Assembly: GCA_017543285.1 (NCBI GenBank)
Contig: JAFYGK010000012.1
Coordinates: 1-64,000 of the forward strand
Length of the DNA stretch: 64,000 nucleotides
Source: Clostridia bacterium
Lineage (GTDB): Bacteria; Bacillota; Clostridia; Oscillospirales; Acutalibacteraceae
Direction: 5' to 3'
In this document: positions 26,647-36,994 of the stretch, one piece after another
How positions within the stretch are numbered: the first letter of the stretch is position 1
Layout: the number at the start of each line of letters is the position of its first letter
The notes under the pieces: generated by a model
Databases searched by the model: none
Told to the model about the DNA's origin: nothing
The model's input: only the letters and a program-made list of their open reading frames with translations
Position numbers and translations under genes: made by a program

Positions 26647-27318
26647 ATGCGCCTGCTGCTTGCCGAGGACGAAAAGTCCCTGTCCAGAGCGGTTATTACC
26701 ATACTGGAAAAGAACAACTATTCCGCCGACGCCGTTTATGACGGAGAGGAGGCTCTCGAATACCTCGAATCGGGAAATTACGACGGGGTCATACTGGATA
26801 TAATGATGCCCAAGCTGGACGGCATCTCGGTACTGAAAAGGCTTCGCGCCAAGGGCGATACGGTTCCGGTGCTGCTGCTGACGGCAAAATCCGAGATAGA
26901 CGACAAGGTGCTGGGGCTGGACAGCGGAGCCAACGACTATCTGACAAAGCCATTTTCCACAAAGGAGCTTTTGGCGAGGATAAGGGCGATGACCCGGAGC
27001 CGCACGGTTCAGACCGACTCGGTCATGCGTATGGGCAATATTTCGCTGGACCGCGCCACCTTTGAGCTGTCCTCTCCCTCGGGAAGCTACAAGCTGGCGA
27101 ACAAGGAGTATCAGCTCATGGAAATGCTGATGAGCAACCCGAAAAACCTTATCTCTACCGAGCGGCTCATGGAGCGCATATGGGGTTACGACAGCGAAGC
27201 GGAGATAAATGTCGTGTGGGTATATATCTCATATCTGCGAAAGAAGCTGACCGCTCTTGACGCGGACATAAAAATAAAGGCGACGAGAAACGCGGGCTAT
27301 TCACTTGAGGAAGCGTAG
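26647..27318 (+). CDS. OmpR-family response regulator
   Basis: Receiver domain (DVILDIMMP...D) plus a winged-helix Trans_reg_C domain. Confidence 0.9.
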   Translation: MRLLLAEDEKSLSRAVITILEKNNYSADAVYDGEEALEYLESGNYDGVILDIMMPKLDGISVLKRLRAKGDTVPVLLLTAKSEIDDKVLGLDSGANDYLTKPFSTKELLARIRAMTRSRTVQTDSVMRMGNISLDRATFELSSPSGSYKLANKEYQLMEMLMSNPKNLISTERLMERIWGYDSEAEINVVWVYISYLRKKLTALDADIKIKATRNAGYSLEEA

Positions 27319-27333
27319 CGGCGCTTCAGCCGA

Positions 27334-28665
27334 TTGGGGTTGGGACAAATGATTAAAAAACTTCGGATAAAATTCATTGCGCTGGCGGCTGTCACGCTGC
27401 TGCTGGTGCTGATCATAATAATCGGCGGAATAAATATAATAAACTACAGAAATATTGTCAGCGACGCCGACAGGACCCTTTCCATCCTGCAGGAAAACGG
27501 CGGACGTTTTCCCATGGATCAGCACCGTCAGAAGCCGGAAGATATGCAAGGCGATTTCAATGATATGGACGCCGGCATAATGATGAAAGACAGACGATTT
27601 GACCGGCAGTTTTCGCCGGAGCTTCCGTTTGAATCGCGTTATTTTACCGTTTCGCTAAATTCAGACGGCAGCGTCGGTTCGGTGGATACCGGCAAAATTG
27701 CAGCCGTCGGATCGTCTGAAGCCATAGACTACGCTCAGCAGGTGTGGAAAAGCGGCGAAATGTCCGGATTCGTCGGCGATTACCGCTATATCCGCATGAA
27801 CGGCGACAGCGAAAGCGAACAAAAGGTAATCTTTCTCGACTGCGGCAGAAGTCTCAGCACGTTCAGGATGTTCCTTCTTGCAAGCTGCGCCATTTCTCTT
27901 GCCGGATGGGTTGCCGTCGTGCTGATAATCGTGCTGCTGTCGGGCAGGATAGTAAAACCTGTCGCTGAAAGCTACGAAAAGCAGAAGCAGTTCATTACAG
28001 ACGCCGGACACGAGCTCAAAACTCCGCTGACCATAATAAACGCGGACGCGGAGATTCTGGAAATGGATCTGGGCGATAACGAATGGCTCAAGGATATCCA
28101 GAAGCAGGCCAGGCGGCTTTCCGAGCTGACGGGAGACCTTGTCTTTCTGTCAAAGATGGACGAAGAACGCATAACCATCCGGTCGATAGAGTTTCCGCTG
28201 TCCGACGTTGTTCAGGAAACGGCGCAGCCGTTTTTGTCGGTCGCCAGGACAAAGGGAAGGGAGCTTGAAACGGTCATAGAGCCCATGCTTTCCATGGAAG
28301 GCGACGAAAAGGCGATACGTCAGCTTGTTTCCATACTGATGGACAACGCCATGAAGTATTCGCGCGGCGGCGAGCCGGTAAGACTGTCGCTCAGAAGACA
28401 GGGCAGGACGGCGAATCTTACCGTGTCCAACGCGGCCGATTCCGTTACGCGGGAGGACACCGCGCGGCTTTTCGACAGATTCTACCGTACCGACAGATCG
28501 AGAAACTCAGAAACGGGCGGACACGGTATCGGGCTGTCGCTGGCCAAGGCGATCGTGACCGCGCACAAAGGAAAAATCGGAGCCGCGCTGTCCGAAGACG
28601 GAATACTGTCGATAACGGCAGTCCTGCCGGTAAGCCAGACCCCGCAGGCTCATACAAAGCAATAA
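27334..28665 (+). CDS. Sensor histidine kinase (2 TM, HisKA + HATPase_c)
   Basis: H-box ITDAGHELKTPLT, with N, G1 and G2 boxes. A periplasmic loop lies between the two TM helices. Confidence 0.85.
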   Translation: MGLGQMIKKLRIKFIALAAVTLLLVLIIIIGGINIINYRNIVSDADRTLSILQENGGRFPMDQHRQKPEDMQGDFNDMDAGIMMKDRRFDRQFSPELPFESRYFTVSLNSDGSVGSVDTGKIAAVGSSEAIDYAQQVWKSGEMSGFVGDYRYIRMNGDSESEQKVIFLDCGRSLSTFRMFLLASCAISLAGWVAVVLIIVLLSGRIVKPVAESYEKQKQFITDAGHELKTPLTIINADAEILEMDLGDNEWLKDIQKQARRLSELTGDLVFLSKMDEERITIRSIEFPLSDVVQETAQPFLSVARTKGRELETVIEPMLSMEGDEKAIRQLVSILMDNAMKYSRGGEPVRLSLRRQGRTANLTVSNAADSVTREDTARLFDRFYRTDRSRNSETGGHGIGLSLAKAIVTAHKGKIGAALSEDGILSITAVLPVSQTPQAHTKQ

Positions 28666-28680
28666 CCAAGTTTTATAATA

Positions 28681-28713
28681 AAAAACGGCTGACGGAAAAC
28701 GTCAGCCGTTTTT
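28681..28713. terminator. Bidirectional Rho-independent terminator between the HK gene and the GT2 gene
   Basis: aaaaacggctgacg-gaaaa-cgtcagccgttttt. Confidence 0.65.
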
Positions 28714-28716
28714 ATG

Positions 28717-29664
28717 TCAGCCAAATCTCCGCAGCAGCATATAGGCTGCCGGACTTATGCAGAATATTTTGTATTTTAAGCGTGTCTTTCGGCTGAGAGC
28801 CGATTTATCAGCGCTTCTGTATGCCGAAAGAAAGGTTTTCCTGATCCTTTCGCGGTTCTCTCCGTCGTCAAAGCCGGTATCGCACATCTGCCCCCAAAGC
28901 ACAAGGCAGAAGTTGAGGAACCTTTCGCGCACGACCCCGGCCGTATTCGGCAGCCGGCTTTCGGCAAGCTCAAGCATTTCGCCGTATGCGTCAAGTCCGG
29001 TAAGCTGCCTGGGGTTGAATTGATCGGTGCGGCAGATGCTGTCCCGGGACTGGACATAGTGGTAAAACGGGTTTTTAAGCGAGCAAAAGCTGTCGCAGGA
29101 TAAAACGCACCGCAGCCAGAAGAGGGTGTCCTCCGCGCGGTAATAGCCTTCGTTGAAGCGGATCTTACCGACCGTCTGCCGCGAAACCAGCTTGTTGCCG
29201 AGGAAGGGATTGAGCATAAGCAGCCGGACGGCCTTCTCACGGTCTGTTTCGCCATACCATTCGTCGGGCAGCGAATGAGGTTCCGCGCCCTTTTCGTCGT
29301 CTATGCTGTGCTCAAAAAATATCATTTTGAAGCTGTTTTTACCGATTGTATGAAACAGCTTTTCAAATGTATCGCCTTCTATCCAGTCGTCGCTGTCCAC
29401 GAATATAAGGTATTGGCCCGACGAAAGCTCAATTCCGCGGTTTCGCGCGGCGGACGGTCCGGCGTTTTGCTGCTCACAGTATTTTATCCTTTTGTCCCTT
29501 TGGGCGTATTGCCTGCAAATATCGCCGCTGTTGTCGGTAGAGCCGTCGTTTATGAGGATTATTTCAAAATCGCCGAAGGACTGGCCGGACAGGCTGTCCA
29601 GACATTTTTTCAAATGCTCTGATGAGTTATATACTGGGACTATTGCCGAAATGAGCGGCGGCAT
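28717..29664 (-). CDS. Family 2 glycosyltransferase
   Basis: N-terminal GT-A fold (ISAIVPVYNSSEHLKKCLDSL...INDGSTD...DSDD). Start set at the internal ATG just downstream of the GNAT gene. Confidence 0.75.
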   Translation of the reverse strand: MPPLISAIVPVYNSSEHLKKCLDSLSGQSFGDFEIILINDGSTDNSGDICRQYAQRDKRIKYCEQQNAGPSAARNRGIELSSGQYLIFVDSDDWIEGDTFEKLFHTIGKNSFKMIFFEHSIDDEKGAEPHSLPDEWYGETDREKAVRLLMLNPFLGNKLVSRQTVGKIRFNEGYYRAEDTLFWLRCVLSCDSFCSLKNPFYHYVQSRDSICRTDQFNPRQLTGLDAYGEMLELAESRLPNTAGVVRERFLNFCLVLWGQMCDTGFDDGENRERIRKTFLSAYRSADKSALSRKTRLKYKIFCISPAAYMLLRRFG

Positions 29665-29669
29665 TTTGT

Positions 29670-30233
29670 TCACCTCTTTTTCGCCGGCTGCGCGGTTCCG
29701 GCGGTATCCCGAAGATATTTTTCCCGGCTCAGGGAATAATAGCAGACGTCTTCGACCCTGCCTCCGAAATCGGCCTCCTTCATGCTGCACTCAAAGTCGA
29801 AGCCCAGCCGCTCGACGAGCTTTCTGGAGCGCGTGTTATCCTGCATAATACACGCGCGCAGACGGCTCAGGCGCATATCAACAAAGGCCATGCGCAGAAC
29901 GGGCGCTGCGGCCTCGAGCATATAGCCTCTGCCCCAGCATTCGGACAGAAGGATATATCCTATGTTGGCTATCCTGTTCTGAATGATGTTGTATATGTCT
30001 ATTTCCCCGATAACACGGTTCGTCGCCCTTTCGATTATCACGAAGGAGCTTTTGGATTTGTCGCCTGACACCGCGCGGCGGATCTCCGGCATGCTGTCAT
30101 AGGGAAAGCCGCCGAGCCACGGACGAACCTTGGGGTCGGTGTAATAGTTGAGTATTCCGGCGGCGTCCTTGCGGAATTTTCCGCGCAGCAGCAGCCGCTG
30201 CGTTGTGATTTGAGGAGTGTCCTTTGAACTCAT
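29670..30233 (-). CDS. GNAT family N-acetyltransferase (RimJ/RimL-like)
   Basis: Acetyl-CoA binding motif (RGYMLEAAAPVLRMAF). Start at MSSKDTP. Confidence 0.7.
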   Translation of the reverse strand: MSSKDTPQITTQRLLLRGKFRKDAAGILNYYTDPKVRPWLGGFPYDSMPEIRRAVSGDKSKSSFVIIERATNRVIGEIDIYNIIQNRIANIGYILLSECWGRGYMLEAAAPVLRMAFVDMRLSRLRACIMQDNTRSRKLVERLGFDFECSMKEADFGGRVEDVCYYSLSREKYLRDTAGTAQPAKKR

Positions 30234-30504
30234 ACCGGCCAAGCCTCCGATATATACTTTGACAGCATATTTAAAGATATTATATAATAAAGACGGCTTA
30301 TTATCAAGCAAAAACGCGGACCGATGCCAGGCTGACAAAAATATATAAAAAAATACCGCCGGATATAGAAATATGCTTGTTTTTAGTATATAATATAAAA
30401 TAAGCGAAAAAAATGTCTGACCGGCATTTTTCAGTAAGATACATACAGCCGGCCGAATCTGCGGTACGGCAGGACAAATCTGTTAAAAACTGCGGGGTGC
30501 AATT

Positions 30505-31581
30505 ATGAAAAGAAGGATAGGCATATTAACCAGCGGCGGAGACTGCCCGGGACTCAACGCGGCGATACGCGGAGTCGCAAGAGCCTCATATGAGCTTTTT
30601 GACGCTGAGTTTGTCGGAATAGCCGACGGCTACAGAGGACTTATCGAGGGCGACTGGAATGAGTTGAGCTATGATGATTTTTCCGGCATACTGACCCTCG
30701 GCGGAACCATTCTGGGCACATCCCGTCAGCCCTACCGCTATATGAGGGTCATCGGCGAGGATAATGTTGATAAGGTTGCCGCCATGAAGGAAAACTACAA
30801 AAAGATGAAGCTGGACTGCCTCATCACTCTGGGCGGCAACGGTACCCACAAGACGGCAAACCTGCTTTCGCAGGAGGGCCTGAATGTTATCGGTCTGCCC
30901 AAGACCATAGACAACGACATCTGGGATACCGAGGTGACCTTTGGTTTTCACACGGCGATGGATCTGGCGACAGAGGTAATCGACCGCATACACACTACGG
31001 CGAACAGCCACGGCAGAGTAATGGTAATAGAGATAATGGGCAACAAGGCCGGATGGCTCACGCTTTATTCGGGCGTTGCGGGCGGCGCGGACGTTGTTCT
31101 GCTGCCGGAGATCCCCTATGATCTGGACAAGGTCGTTTCGGCGGTCGAAAAGCGTGCCAGAAGGAAAAAGCGTTCATTTTCGATCATAGCCGTCGCTGAG
31201 GGCGCGATGACCAAGGAAGAATCCAAGATGAAGGGCAAGGAGAGGCTTGCCAGACGCCAGGAAGAGGGATATCAGTCCATTTCCTATCGCCTTGCTTCTC
31301 AGATAGAGGAAAAGACCGGCTTTGAGACAAGGGTCGTCGTACCCGGTCATTTCCAGAGAGGCGGCAGCCCGTCGGCTTATGACAGGGTGCTTGCCACACG
31401 CTTCGGAGTTTATGCCGCGCGCCTCATCAAAGAGGGCAAATACGGCGTGACCGTCGCCATGAAGGGCGACAGGGTCGTGCACAATATGCTGATGGACGTC
31501 GCCGGCAAGACAAAATTTGTTCCCAAGGATAATCAGATGGTCAAAAACGCCAAGGATATCGGTATAGCCTTCGGTGACTGA
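30505..31581 (+). CDS. pfkA: 6-phosphofructokinase
   Basis: GILTSGGDCPGLNAAIRGV, with PFK family blocks throughout. The GGDGS motif reads GGNGT, so the phosphoryl donor is unassigned. Confidence 0.8.
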   Translation: MKRRIGILTSGGDCPGLNAAIRGVARASYELFDAEFVGIADGYRGLIEGDWNELSYDDFSGILTLGGTILGTSRQPYRYMRVIGEDNVDKVAAMKENYKKMKLDCLITLGGNGTHKTANLLSQEGLNVIGLPKTIDNDIWDTEVTFGFHTAMDLATEVIDRIHTTANSHGRVMVIEIMGNKAGWLTLYSGVAGGADVVLLPEIPYDLDKVVSAVEKRARRKKRSFSIIAVAEGAMTKEESKMKGKERLARRQEEGYQSISYRLASQIEEKTGFETRVVVPGHFQRGGSPSAYDRVLATRFGVYAARLIKEGKYGVTVAMKGDRVVHNMLMDVAGKTKFVPKDNQMVKNAKDIGIAFGD

Positions 31582-31665
31582 TAATAAAAAACACAGGCAA
31601 TAACCAAGCGTGTTCGTAACCGCCGATAATATCGGCGGTTACGCGATTGATTTAAGGGCAAAGCA

Positions 31666-32118
31666 ATGGAAAGAATCGTTTGCGGCGGCAATGTCCTTGC
31701 GGCGGATCCGGAAAAAACCGCGCGGTATTATAAAAAACAGTCGCCTTGCGGCTGCAGCGGATGCCGCAATTTTTATTTTCAGATAAAAGAAAAATATCCG
31801 CAGCTTGCAGCGCTTTTGGAGCAATTCGGAGCCGACGTCTTAAAACCCGATGAGACTCCGTGGTTTGAAGCCGAAGATCATATAGAATATTTTCCTTATT
31901 ACACTGCAGCGGGAAGGATCGAAACCAAAGGCGGCGAACAGTTTGAGATCGGGGATCTTTGCGTTGACTTTATCAGGCCGGGAGATCCTTCCGGCAATAT
32001 TCCGAACAATCAATCCGGGCCGTATTTTATAATCGGGATCTACGGTATAAAGTTGCCGTGGGCTCCAAACGAATCCTTTCCGGCAAAAGAAGGACCGGTT
32101 CCGACCGAAAAATTATAA
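31666..32118 (+). CDS. Hypothetical Cys-containing protein
   Basis: 150 aa ORF with no recognisable domain. Confidence 0.35.
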   Translation: MERIVCGGNVLAADPEKTARYYKKQSPCGCSGCRNFYFQIKEKYPQLAALLEQFGADVLKPDETPWFEAEDHIEYFPYYTAAGRIETKGGEQFEIGDLCVDFIRPGDPSGNIPNNQSGPYFIIGIYGIKLPWAPNESFPAKEGPVPTEKL

Positions 32119-32221
32119 AGCGATATTAAAACCCCGGCCTGCCGCTGAATAGAAAAAATACTTCCTGTCGCGGCGACTTTTTCACTTTTCACTCTCCAAA
32201 AAAAGGAGCTGATACAGCCAT

Positions 32222-33376
32222 ATGCCATGGTACGATAATTTTAAATTTCTCTGGGACAACGTCCTGCAGATAACGCCGCAGCAGGCGGTAATGTATCTGA
32301 TAGGCGGTCTGCTTATTTTCCTTGCCATCAAAAAGGGGCTGGAGCCCGCGCTTCTTCTGCCGATGGGCTTCGGCGCCATTCTCGTCAATCTGCCCAACAC
32401 AGGCGTTCTCAACTGGGAAATGCCCGGAGTGGGCAACGTAAACGGCATAATCGAATGGCTTTACAAAATAGGCATAGAAGCCAGCGAGGCCATGCCGGTG
32501 CTGCTTTTTGTCGGCATAGGCGCAATGATAGATTTCGGACCGCTGCTGACAAATCCCAAAATGCTGCTATTCGGCGCGGCCGCGCAGTTCGGCATATTCT
32601 TCACGCTGTCGGTTGCGGTGCTCTGCGGCTTCAGCCTTCAGGACGCCGCCTCGATAGGCATAATCGGCGCGGCCGACGGTCCGACCTCGATACTTGTTTC
32701 GCAGGTGCTCAAAAGCCAATACATCGGAGCGATAGCCGTCGCGGCCTATTCATACATGGCGCTGGTGCCGATAATACAGCCCTTTGCGATAAAGCTGGTC
32801 ACAACCAAGGAAGAACGCAAGATCAGAATGCCCTACAACCCCAAAAAGGTTTCCCGCCTCGCGAGGATACTTTTCCCGATAATCGTAACGATAATCGCCG
32901 GACTGATAGCGCCCAGCTCGGTGGCGCTGGTAGGCATGCTGATGTTCGGAAACCTGCTGCGCGAGTGCCTGTGTCTCGATTCACTTGCTCAGACCGCGCA
33001 GACTGCGCTCGCAAACCTTATCACGATTTTCCTTGGCATAACCATATCCTTCTCCATGAAGGCCGAGAACTTCGTCAGATGGGAGACCCTCATGATAATG
33101 GGCCTGGGTCTTGTGGCATTCGTGTTTGACACCATCGGCGGCGTGCTGTTCGCAAAGCTCATAAACCTGTTCTGCAAGAAGGAAAACCGAATCAATCCCA
33201 TGGTCGGCGGCGCGGGAATATCCGCATTTCCCATGTCGGCGCGCGTCGTTCAGAAGCTGGGACTTGAGGCGGACAATCAGAACCATCTGCTCATGCATGC
33301 CATCGGAGCGAACGTGGCCGGACAGATCGGTTCTGTTGTCGCAGGCGGAATCATACTCACCATGATGATGAGATAG
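32222..33376 (+). CDS. oadB: Na+-translocating decarboxylase beta subunit (OadB/GcdB/MmdB family)
   Basis: Full-length match to the polytopic beta-subunit family (FLWDNV...MYLIGGLLIFLAIKKG...). Confidence 0.85.
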   Translation: MPWYDNFKFLWDNVLQITPQQAVMYLIGGLLIFLAIKKGLEPALLLPMGFGAILVNLPNTGVLNWEMPGVGNVNGIIEWLYKIGIEASEAMPVLLFVGIGAMIDFGPLLTNPKMLLFGAAAQFGIFFTLSVAVLCGFSLQDAASIGIIGAADGPTSILVSQVLKSQYIGAIAVAAYSYMALVPIIQPFAIKLVTTKEERKIRMPYNPKKVSRLARILFPIIVTIIAGLIAPSSVALVGMLMFGNLLRECLCLDSLAQTAQTALANLITIFLGITISFSMKAENFVRWETLMIMGLGLVAFVFDTIGGVLFAKLINLFCKKENRINPMVGGAGISAFPMSARVVQKLGLEADNQNHLLMHAIGANVAGQIGSVVAGGIILTMMMR

Positions 33377-33386
33377 GAGGCTGAAC

Positions 33387-33572
33387 ATGCAATTTTTAAT
33401 GACGCTGCTGTCGTCGGTCTTTTCCGACAGCTTTATTGAGTCGCTCAAAATCATGGGTCTCGGCATGCTGGGCATATTTATTGTCATGGGGCTGATATTC
33501 GTCGTCATACTGCTGCTGGGAAAGATACCTGACAAGGGCGAAAAGAAGGACAAGGAAGATAAGAAAGAGTAG
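33387..33572 (+). CDS. Na+-pump decarboxylase gamma-like small subunit (OadG-like)
   Basis: 61 aa with a single TM helix and a K/E/D-rich tail, 10 nt downstream of the beta subunit. Confidence 0.5.
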   Translation: MQFLMTLLSSVFSDSFIESLKIMGLGMLGIFIVMGLIFVVILLLGKIPDKGEKKDKEDKKE

Positions 33573-33599
33573 CATGCAAGCGCGTCCGTCGGACGATAA

Positions 33600-33887
33600 A
33601 GCGGGTATCCGAATGGCGCCGCGGTCATAATAATCAGCACCGCCAGGCGCGTTAAGAGAATTTCGGGCGCCGCAGGGACAAAGAACTGCTCTCGGCTGAA
33701 AAACCTTCCGCGGCGGCTTAGTAATCGGCCTTCCCCTGACAGGAAAACCCGGCAGCCCGGCGCTGCCGGCAGGGCTCTTTCCCGAAGGGAACCGCCAGCG
33801 CTGCCGACTTAGGGAGACGCCTCTCCGTATTATTAAAACCAAACCCACGCTGGGAAACCCCGCGTTGAAAGGAATGTAAAACAATAA
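33600..33887 (+). promoter_or_regulatory. Structured ~290 nt 5' leader of proS (possible T-box-like attenuator; unconfirmed)
   Basis: A GC-rich, ORF-free, hairpin-rich region ahead of an aminoacyl-tRNA synthetase gene. The T-box consensus is not cleanly matched. Confidence 0.2.
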
Positions 33888-35330
33888 ATGGCAAACGACA
33901 AGAAAAAAATGGTTGAGGAAATCACCTCCATGGAGGTCGATTTCGCGAAATGGTACACCGACGTTGTAAAAAAGGCCGAGCTGGTCGATTATTCGGGCGT
34001 GCGCGGCTGCATGATCATGCGCCCTTACGGCTACGCCATCTGGGAGAATATACAGAAGGATCTGGACGCGCGCTTTAAGGCGACCGGCCATGAAAACGTG
34101 GCAATGCCGCTGTTCATCCCCGAAAGCCTGCTGCAAAGAGAAAAGGATCACGTCGAAGGCTTTGCTCCCGAGGTGGCATGGGTAACAATGGGCGGCAGCG
34201 AGGAGCTGACCGAGCGCCTTTGCGTGCGCCCGACCTCCGAGACCCTCTTCTGTGACCACTACAAGAACATAATCCATTCCTACCGCGATCTGCCTAAGCT
34301 CTACAATCAGTGGTGCAGCGTCGTGCGATGGGAAAAAACGACCAGACCGTTTTTGCGCACGATGGAATTCTGGTGGCAGGAAGGACACACCATGCACGAA
34401 ACGGCCGAGGACGCGATAGAGGAGACCGAGCGCATGCTCAACGTCTACGCCGATTTCTGTGAGCAGTCGCTTGCCATTCCGGTTATAAAGGGTCAGAAGA
34501 CCGACAAGGAAAAATTTGCCGGCGCGCAGGCCACATACACGATTGAGGCCCTCATGCACGACGGCAAGGCGCTGCAAAGCGGAACCAGCCACTATTTCGG
34601 CGACGGCTTTGCAAGAGCCTTTGACATAACCTTCACCGACCGTCAGAATAAGCTGCAGTATCCGCACCAGACCTCATGGGGCATGTCCACAAGGATAATC
34701 GGCGCGATAATAATGACCCACGGCGACGACAACGGCCTCGTCCTGCCGCCCGCGATAGCTCCCATCCAGCTCGTCATTCTGCCGATAGCCCAGCACAAGC
34801 CGGGCGTTCTGGAAAAGGCCTCTGAGCTGCGCGACAGGCTGCAAAGCGTTTGCCGCGTCAAGATGGACGACAGCGACAATTCGCCGGGATGGAAATTTGC
34901 CGAGTATGAGATGAAGGGCGTTCCGCTCCGTCTGGAGATAGGCCCGCGCGATATCGAGAACAACCAGTGCGTTCTTGTCCGCCGCGACAACCGTGAAAAG
35001 ACTGTCGTTTCGCTCGACGAGCTTGAGGCAAAGATTCCCGAGCTTCTCAAAGCGGTGCACGACGGAATTTATAATATCGCCCTTGAGCGCCGCAAGCGCA
35101 TGACTCACGTCTGCGACGGTGATTTTGAGGATATGAAGAAGATGGCCGCCGAGAAGCCCGGTTTCATCAAGGCGGCATGGTGCGGCGATCTCGCCTGCGA
35201 GGAAAAGCTCAAGGAGGAGGCTGGCGTAACGTCGCGCTGCATACCGTTTGACGGTGAGAGCGTCAGCGACAGATGCGTCTGTTGCGGCAAAAAGGCAAAG
35301 GCGACTGTCATCTGGGGCAAGGCTTATTAA
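33888..35330 (+). CDS. proS: Proline--tRNA ligase, archaeal/eukaryotic type (class II with C-terminal Zn-binding domain)
   Basis: 480 aa with class II motifs 1-3, the anticodon-binding domain, and C-terminal CxxC...CxxC. Confidence 0.9.
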   Translation: MANDKKKMVEEITSMEVDFAKWYTDVVKKAELVDYSGVRGCMIMRPYGYAIWENIQKDLDARFKATGHENVAMPLFIPESLLQREKDHVEGFAPEVAWVTMGGSEELTERLCVRPTSETLFCDHYKNIIHSYRDLPKLYNQWCSVVRWEKTTRPFLRTMEFWWQEGHTMHETAEDAIEETERMLNVYADFCEQSLAIPVIKGQKTDKEKFAGAQATYTIEALMHDGKALQSGTSHYFGDGFARAFDITFTDRQNKLQYPHQTSWGMSTRIIGAIIMTHGDDNGLVLPPAIAPIQLVILPIAQHKPGVLEKASELRDRLQSVCRVKMDDSDNSPGWKFAEYEMKGVPLRLEIGPRDIENNQCVLVRRDNREKTVVSLDELEAKIPELLKAVHDGIYNIALERRKRMTHVCDGDFEDMKKMAAEKPGFIKAAWCGDLACEEKLKEEAGVTSRCIPFDGESVSDRCVCCGKKAKATVIWGKAY

Positions 35331-35425
35331 ACCGCGGGAAATCTTTTGCGCTTTTTAATGCCGTATATTACAGACGCGCCCTTTTACAACGGTCACATAT
35401 TACTGCAAATCGCAGCTGTACGGAT

Positions 35426-35461
35426 AAAAAAGCCTGCCGAAGAATTCGGCAGGCTTTTTTT
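35426..35461 (+). terminator. Rho-independent terminator after proS
   Basis: aaaaaagcctgccgaa-gaa-ttcggcaggcttttttt. Confidence 0.65.
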
Positions 35462-35589
35462 CTCAGCGCCGTCCTGAGCGGCGAAGATTTATATTATCGT
35501 CAGATCGCGTGATGCTTTCACAAATGGGCCTTTGAAAAAAAGCCGGCTGCTGCGGCCTCCTGCCTTTGCTTCGGAGCAAAAGCAAGGGC

Positions 35590-36303
35590 TCAATCCGCAT
35601 TGAGACTGCTGAGTATGACCAGCAGTATCCCTTCCCTTACCTCGACGGTTGCTTCGTCGGCGATTATCTCGTTGCTCACTCCGAGCGGGAAAGTGTTGCA
35701 CAGGGTCGCGTCGGTGAGATTATACTTGAGTCCCGAATAACTGACGCCTTTGCACTCATCGGAAAAAGAGAGAACCGAGGCCGCCCAGCTTGTGCGTTTT
35801 TCTATTGTTACCTTGCTGTTTTTGAGCGCGTAGATCTCGTTATGATAGTCGGCGATCAGACATCTTCCTCCGTGCTCTGCGATATATGCCGCGGTTGCGA
35901 CATTGGCGAGCTGGTGGTCTATTCTTCCGCCTGTCGCGCCCAGCAGCAAAATGTCGGTCATGCCCTTCTTGAACGCGAGCTTGACCGCCAGCATTGTGTC
36001 GGTGTCATCCTTTTCTCTCGGAGCGGCATATACCTCGATGCCCTTTGGTATCTGCCCGTAATAGGAATCAAAATCGCCGACCACCAGATCGGGGACTATG
36101 TTCGCCTTCTGTGCGTGACGGTAGCCGGAATCGCAGGCTATTATATAGTCGGTATTCTTTATTTCTCCGACCCAGAATCTCGGAGAGCCGCTTATGATGA
36201 CGCACCTGTTTTTTTCGCTCAGAAATTGATCGTTCAACTTTTCTTTCCTCCATACCGTCAGATTGTACCGGCACATCCGCTTAAAGCAACGATTTGCCGG
36301 CAT
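35590..36303 (-). CDS. Thiamine diphosphokinase
   Basis: TPK catalytic motifs (ACDSG...GDFDS...GATGGRIDH) and a C-terminal thiamine-binding beta-sandwich. The N-terminal start is uncertain. Confidence 0.7.
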   Translation of the reverse strand: MPANRCFKRMCRYNLTVWRKEKLNDQFLSEKNRCVIISGSPRFWVGEIKNTDYIIACDSGYRHAQKANIVPDLVVGDFDSYYGQIPKGIEVYAAPREKDDTDTMLAVKLAFKKGMTDILLLGATGGRIDHQLANVATAAYIAEHGGRCLIADYHNEIYALKNSKVTIEKRTSWAASVLSFSDECKGVSYSGLKYNLTDATLCNTFPLGVSNEIIADEATVEVREGILLVILSSLNAD

Positions 36304-36509
36304 TATTTGATCTGTTATGCAAAAATCCGTTTTGATTGTTTCGGCCCAAAGATTACGACGCCCTCCGGTTTCGCTTTCTGCCTAATATTAAAAACGGCTG
36401 ATTTTCATTATACCATATAATGGCCCGGCCTTCCATACTTTTTGCTGTTTTATTATTTTTGCGCAATGTGATATAATACTATAAAATCTTTAATCCATGG
36501 AGAGATGAA

Positions 36510-36980
36510 ATGACAAAGACAAATGCGATGCGCCTTCTTGACAAGGCAAATATCATATATGAGGCAAAACAGTACGAATTTGACGAAAACGACCTGGACG
36601 GACGGCATGCAGCCGATTTTCTCGGGCTGGATTACATGCAGGTATTCAAGACCCTTGTGACCAGAGGAGCCTCCGGAGCGCTGTATGTTTTCTGCGTTCC
36701 GGTCGGGGGAGAGCTGGATCTAAAAAAGGCGGCGAAGGTCAGTCGGGAAAAGAGCATAGAGATGATTCACGTCAAGGAGCTGCTTTCGCTCACCGGGTAC
36801 ATCAGAGGCGGCTGTTCGCCCATCGGAATGAAGAAAAAATACCCCACCTTTATTGATGAAACGGCCGTCCTCTTTGACATGATAGCCGTGTCCGCGGGCA
36901 TGAGAGGACTTCAGCTCATGCTGTCTCCGGACGATCTGAGGGATTACACGCAGGCCATGTACTGCGACATAACCGCATAA
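36510..36980 (+). CDS. ybaK: Cys-tRNA(Pro)/Cys-tRNA(Cys) deacylase YbaK
   Basis: Full-length YbaK/EbsC match. Confidence 0.85.
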   Translation: MTKTNAMRLLDKANIIYEAKQYEFDENDLDGRHAADFLGLDYMQVFKTLVTRGASGALYVFCVPVGGELDLKKAAKVSREKSIEMIHVKELLSLTGYIRGGCSPIGMKKKYPTFIDETAVLFDMIAVSAGMRGLQLMLSPDDLRDYTQAMYCDITA

Positions 36981-36994
36981 GGATATATAATGAC

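Noticed and set aside
33600-33887. T-box riboswitch call for the proS leader
   Set aside because: The best candidate (GGGAAACCCCGCG) has 4 mismatches in 13 to the T-box core, and I cannot verify stem I or the specifier by eye. It is kept only as a low-confidence leader.
35566-36420. 284 aa plus-strand ORF antisense to the thiamine diphosphokinase gene
   Set aside because: It is a shadow ORF. The minus-strand frame carries the TPK motifs.
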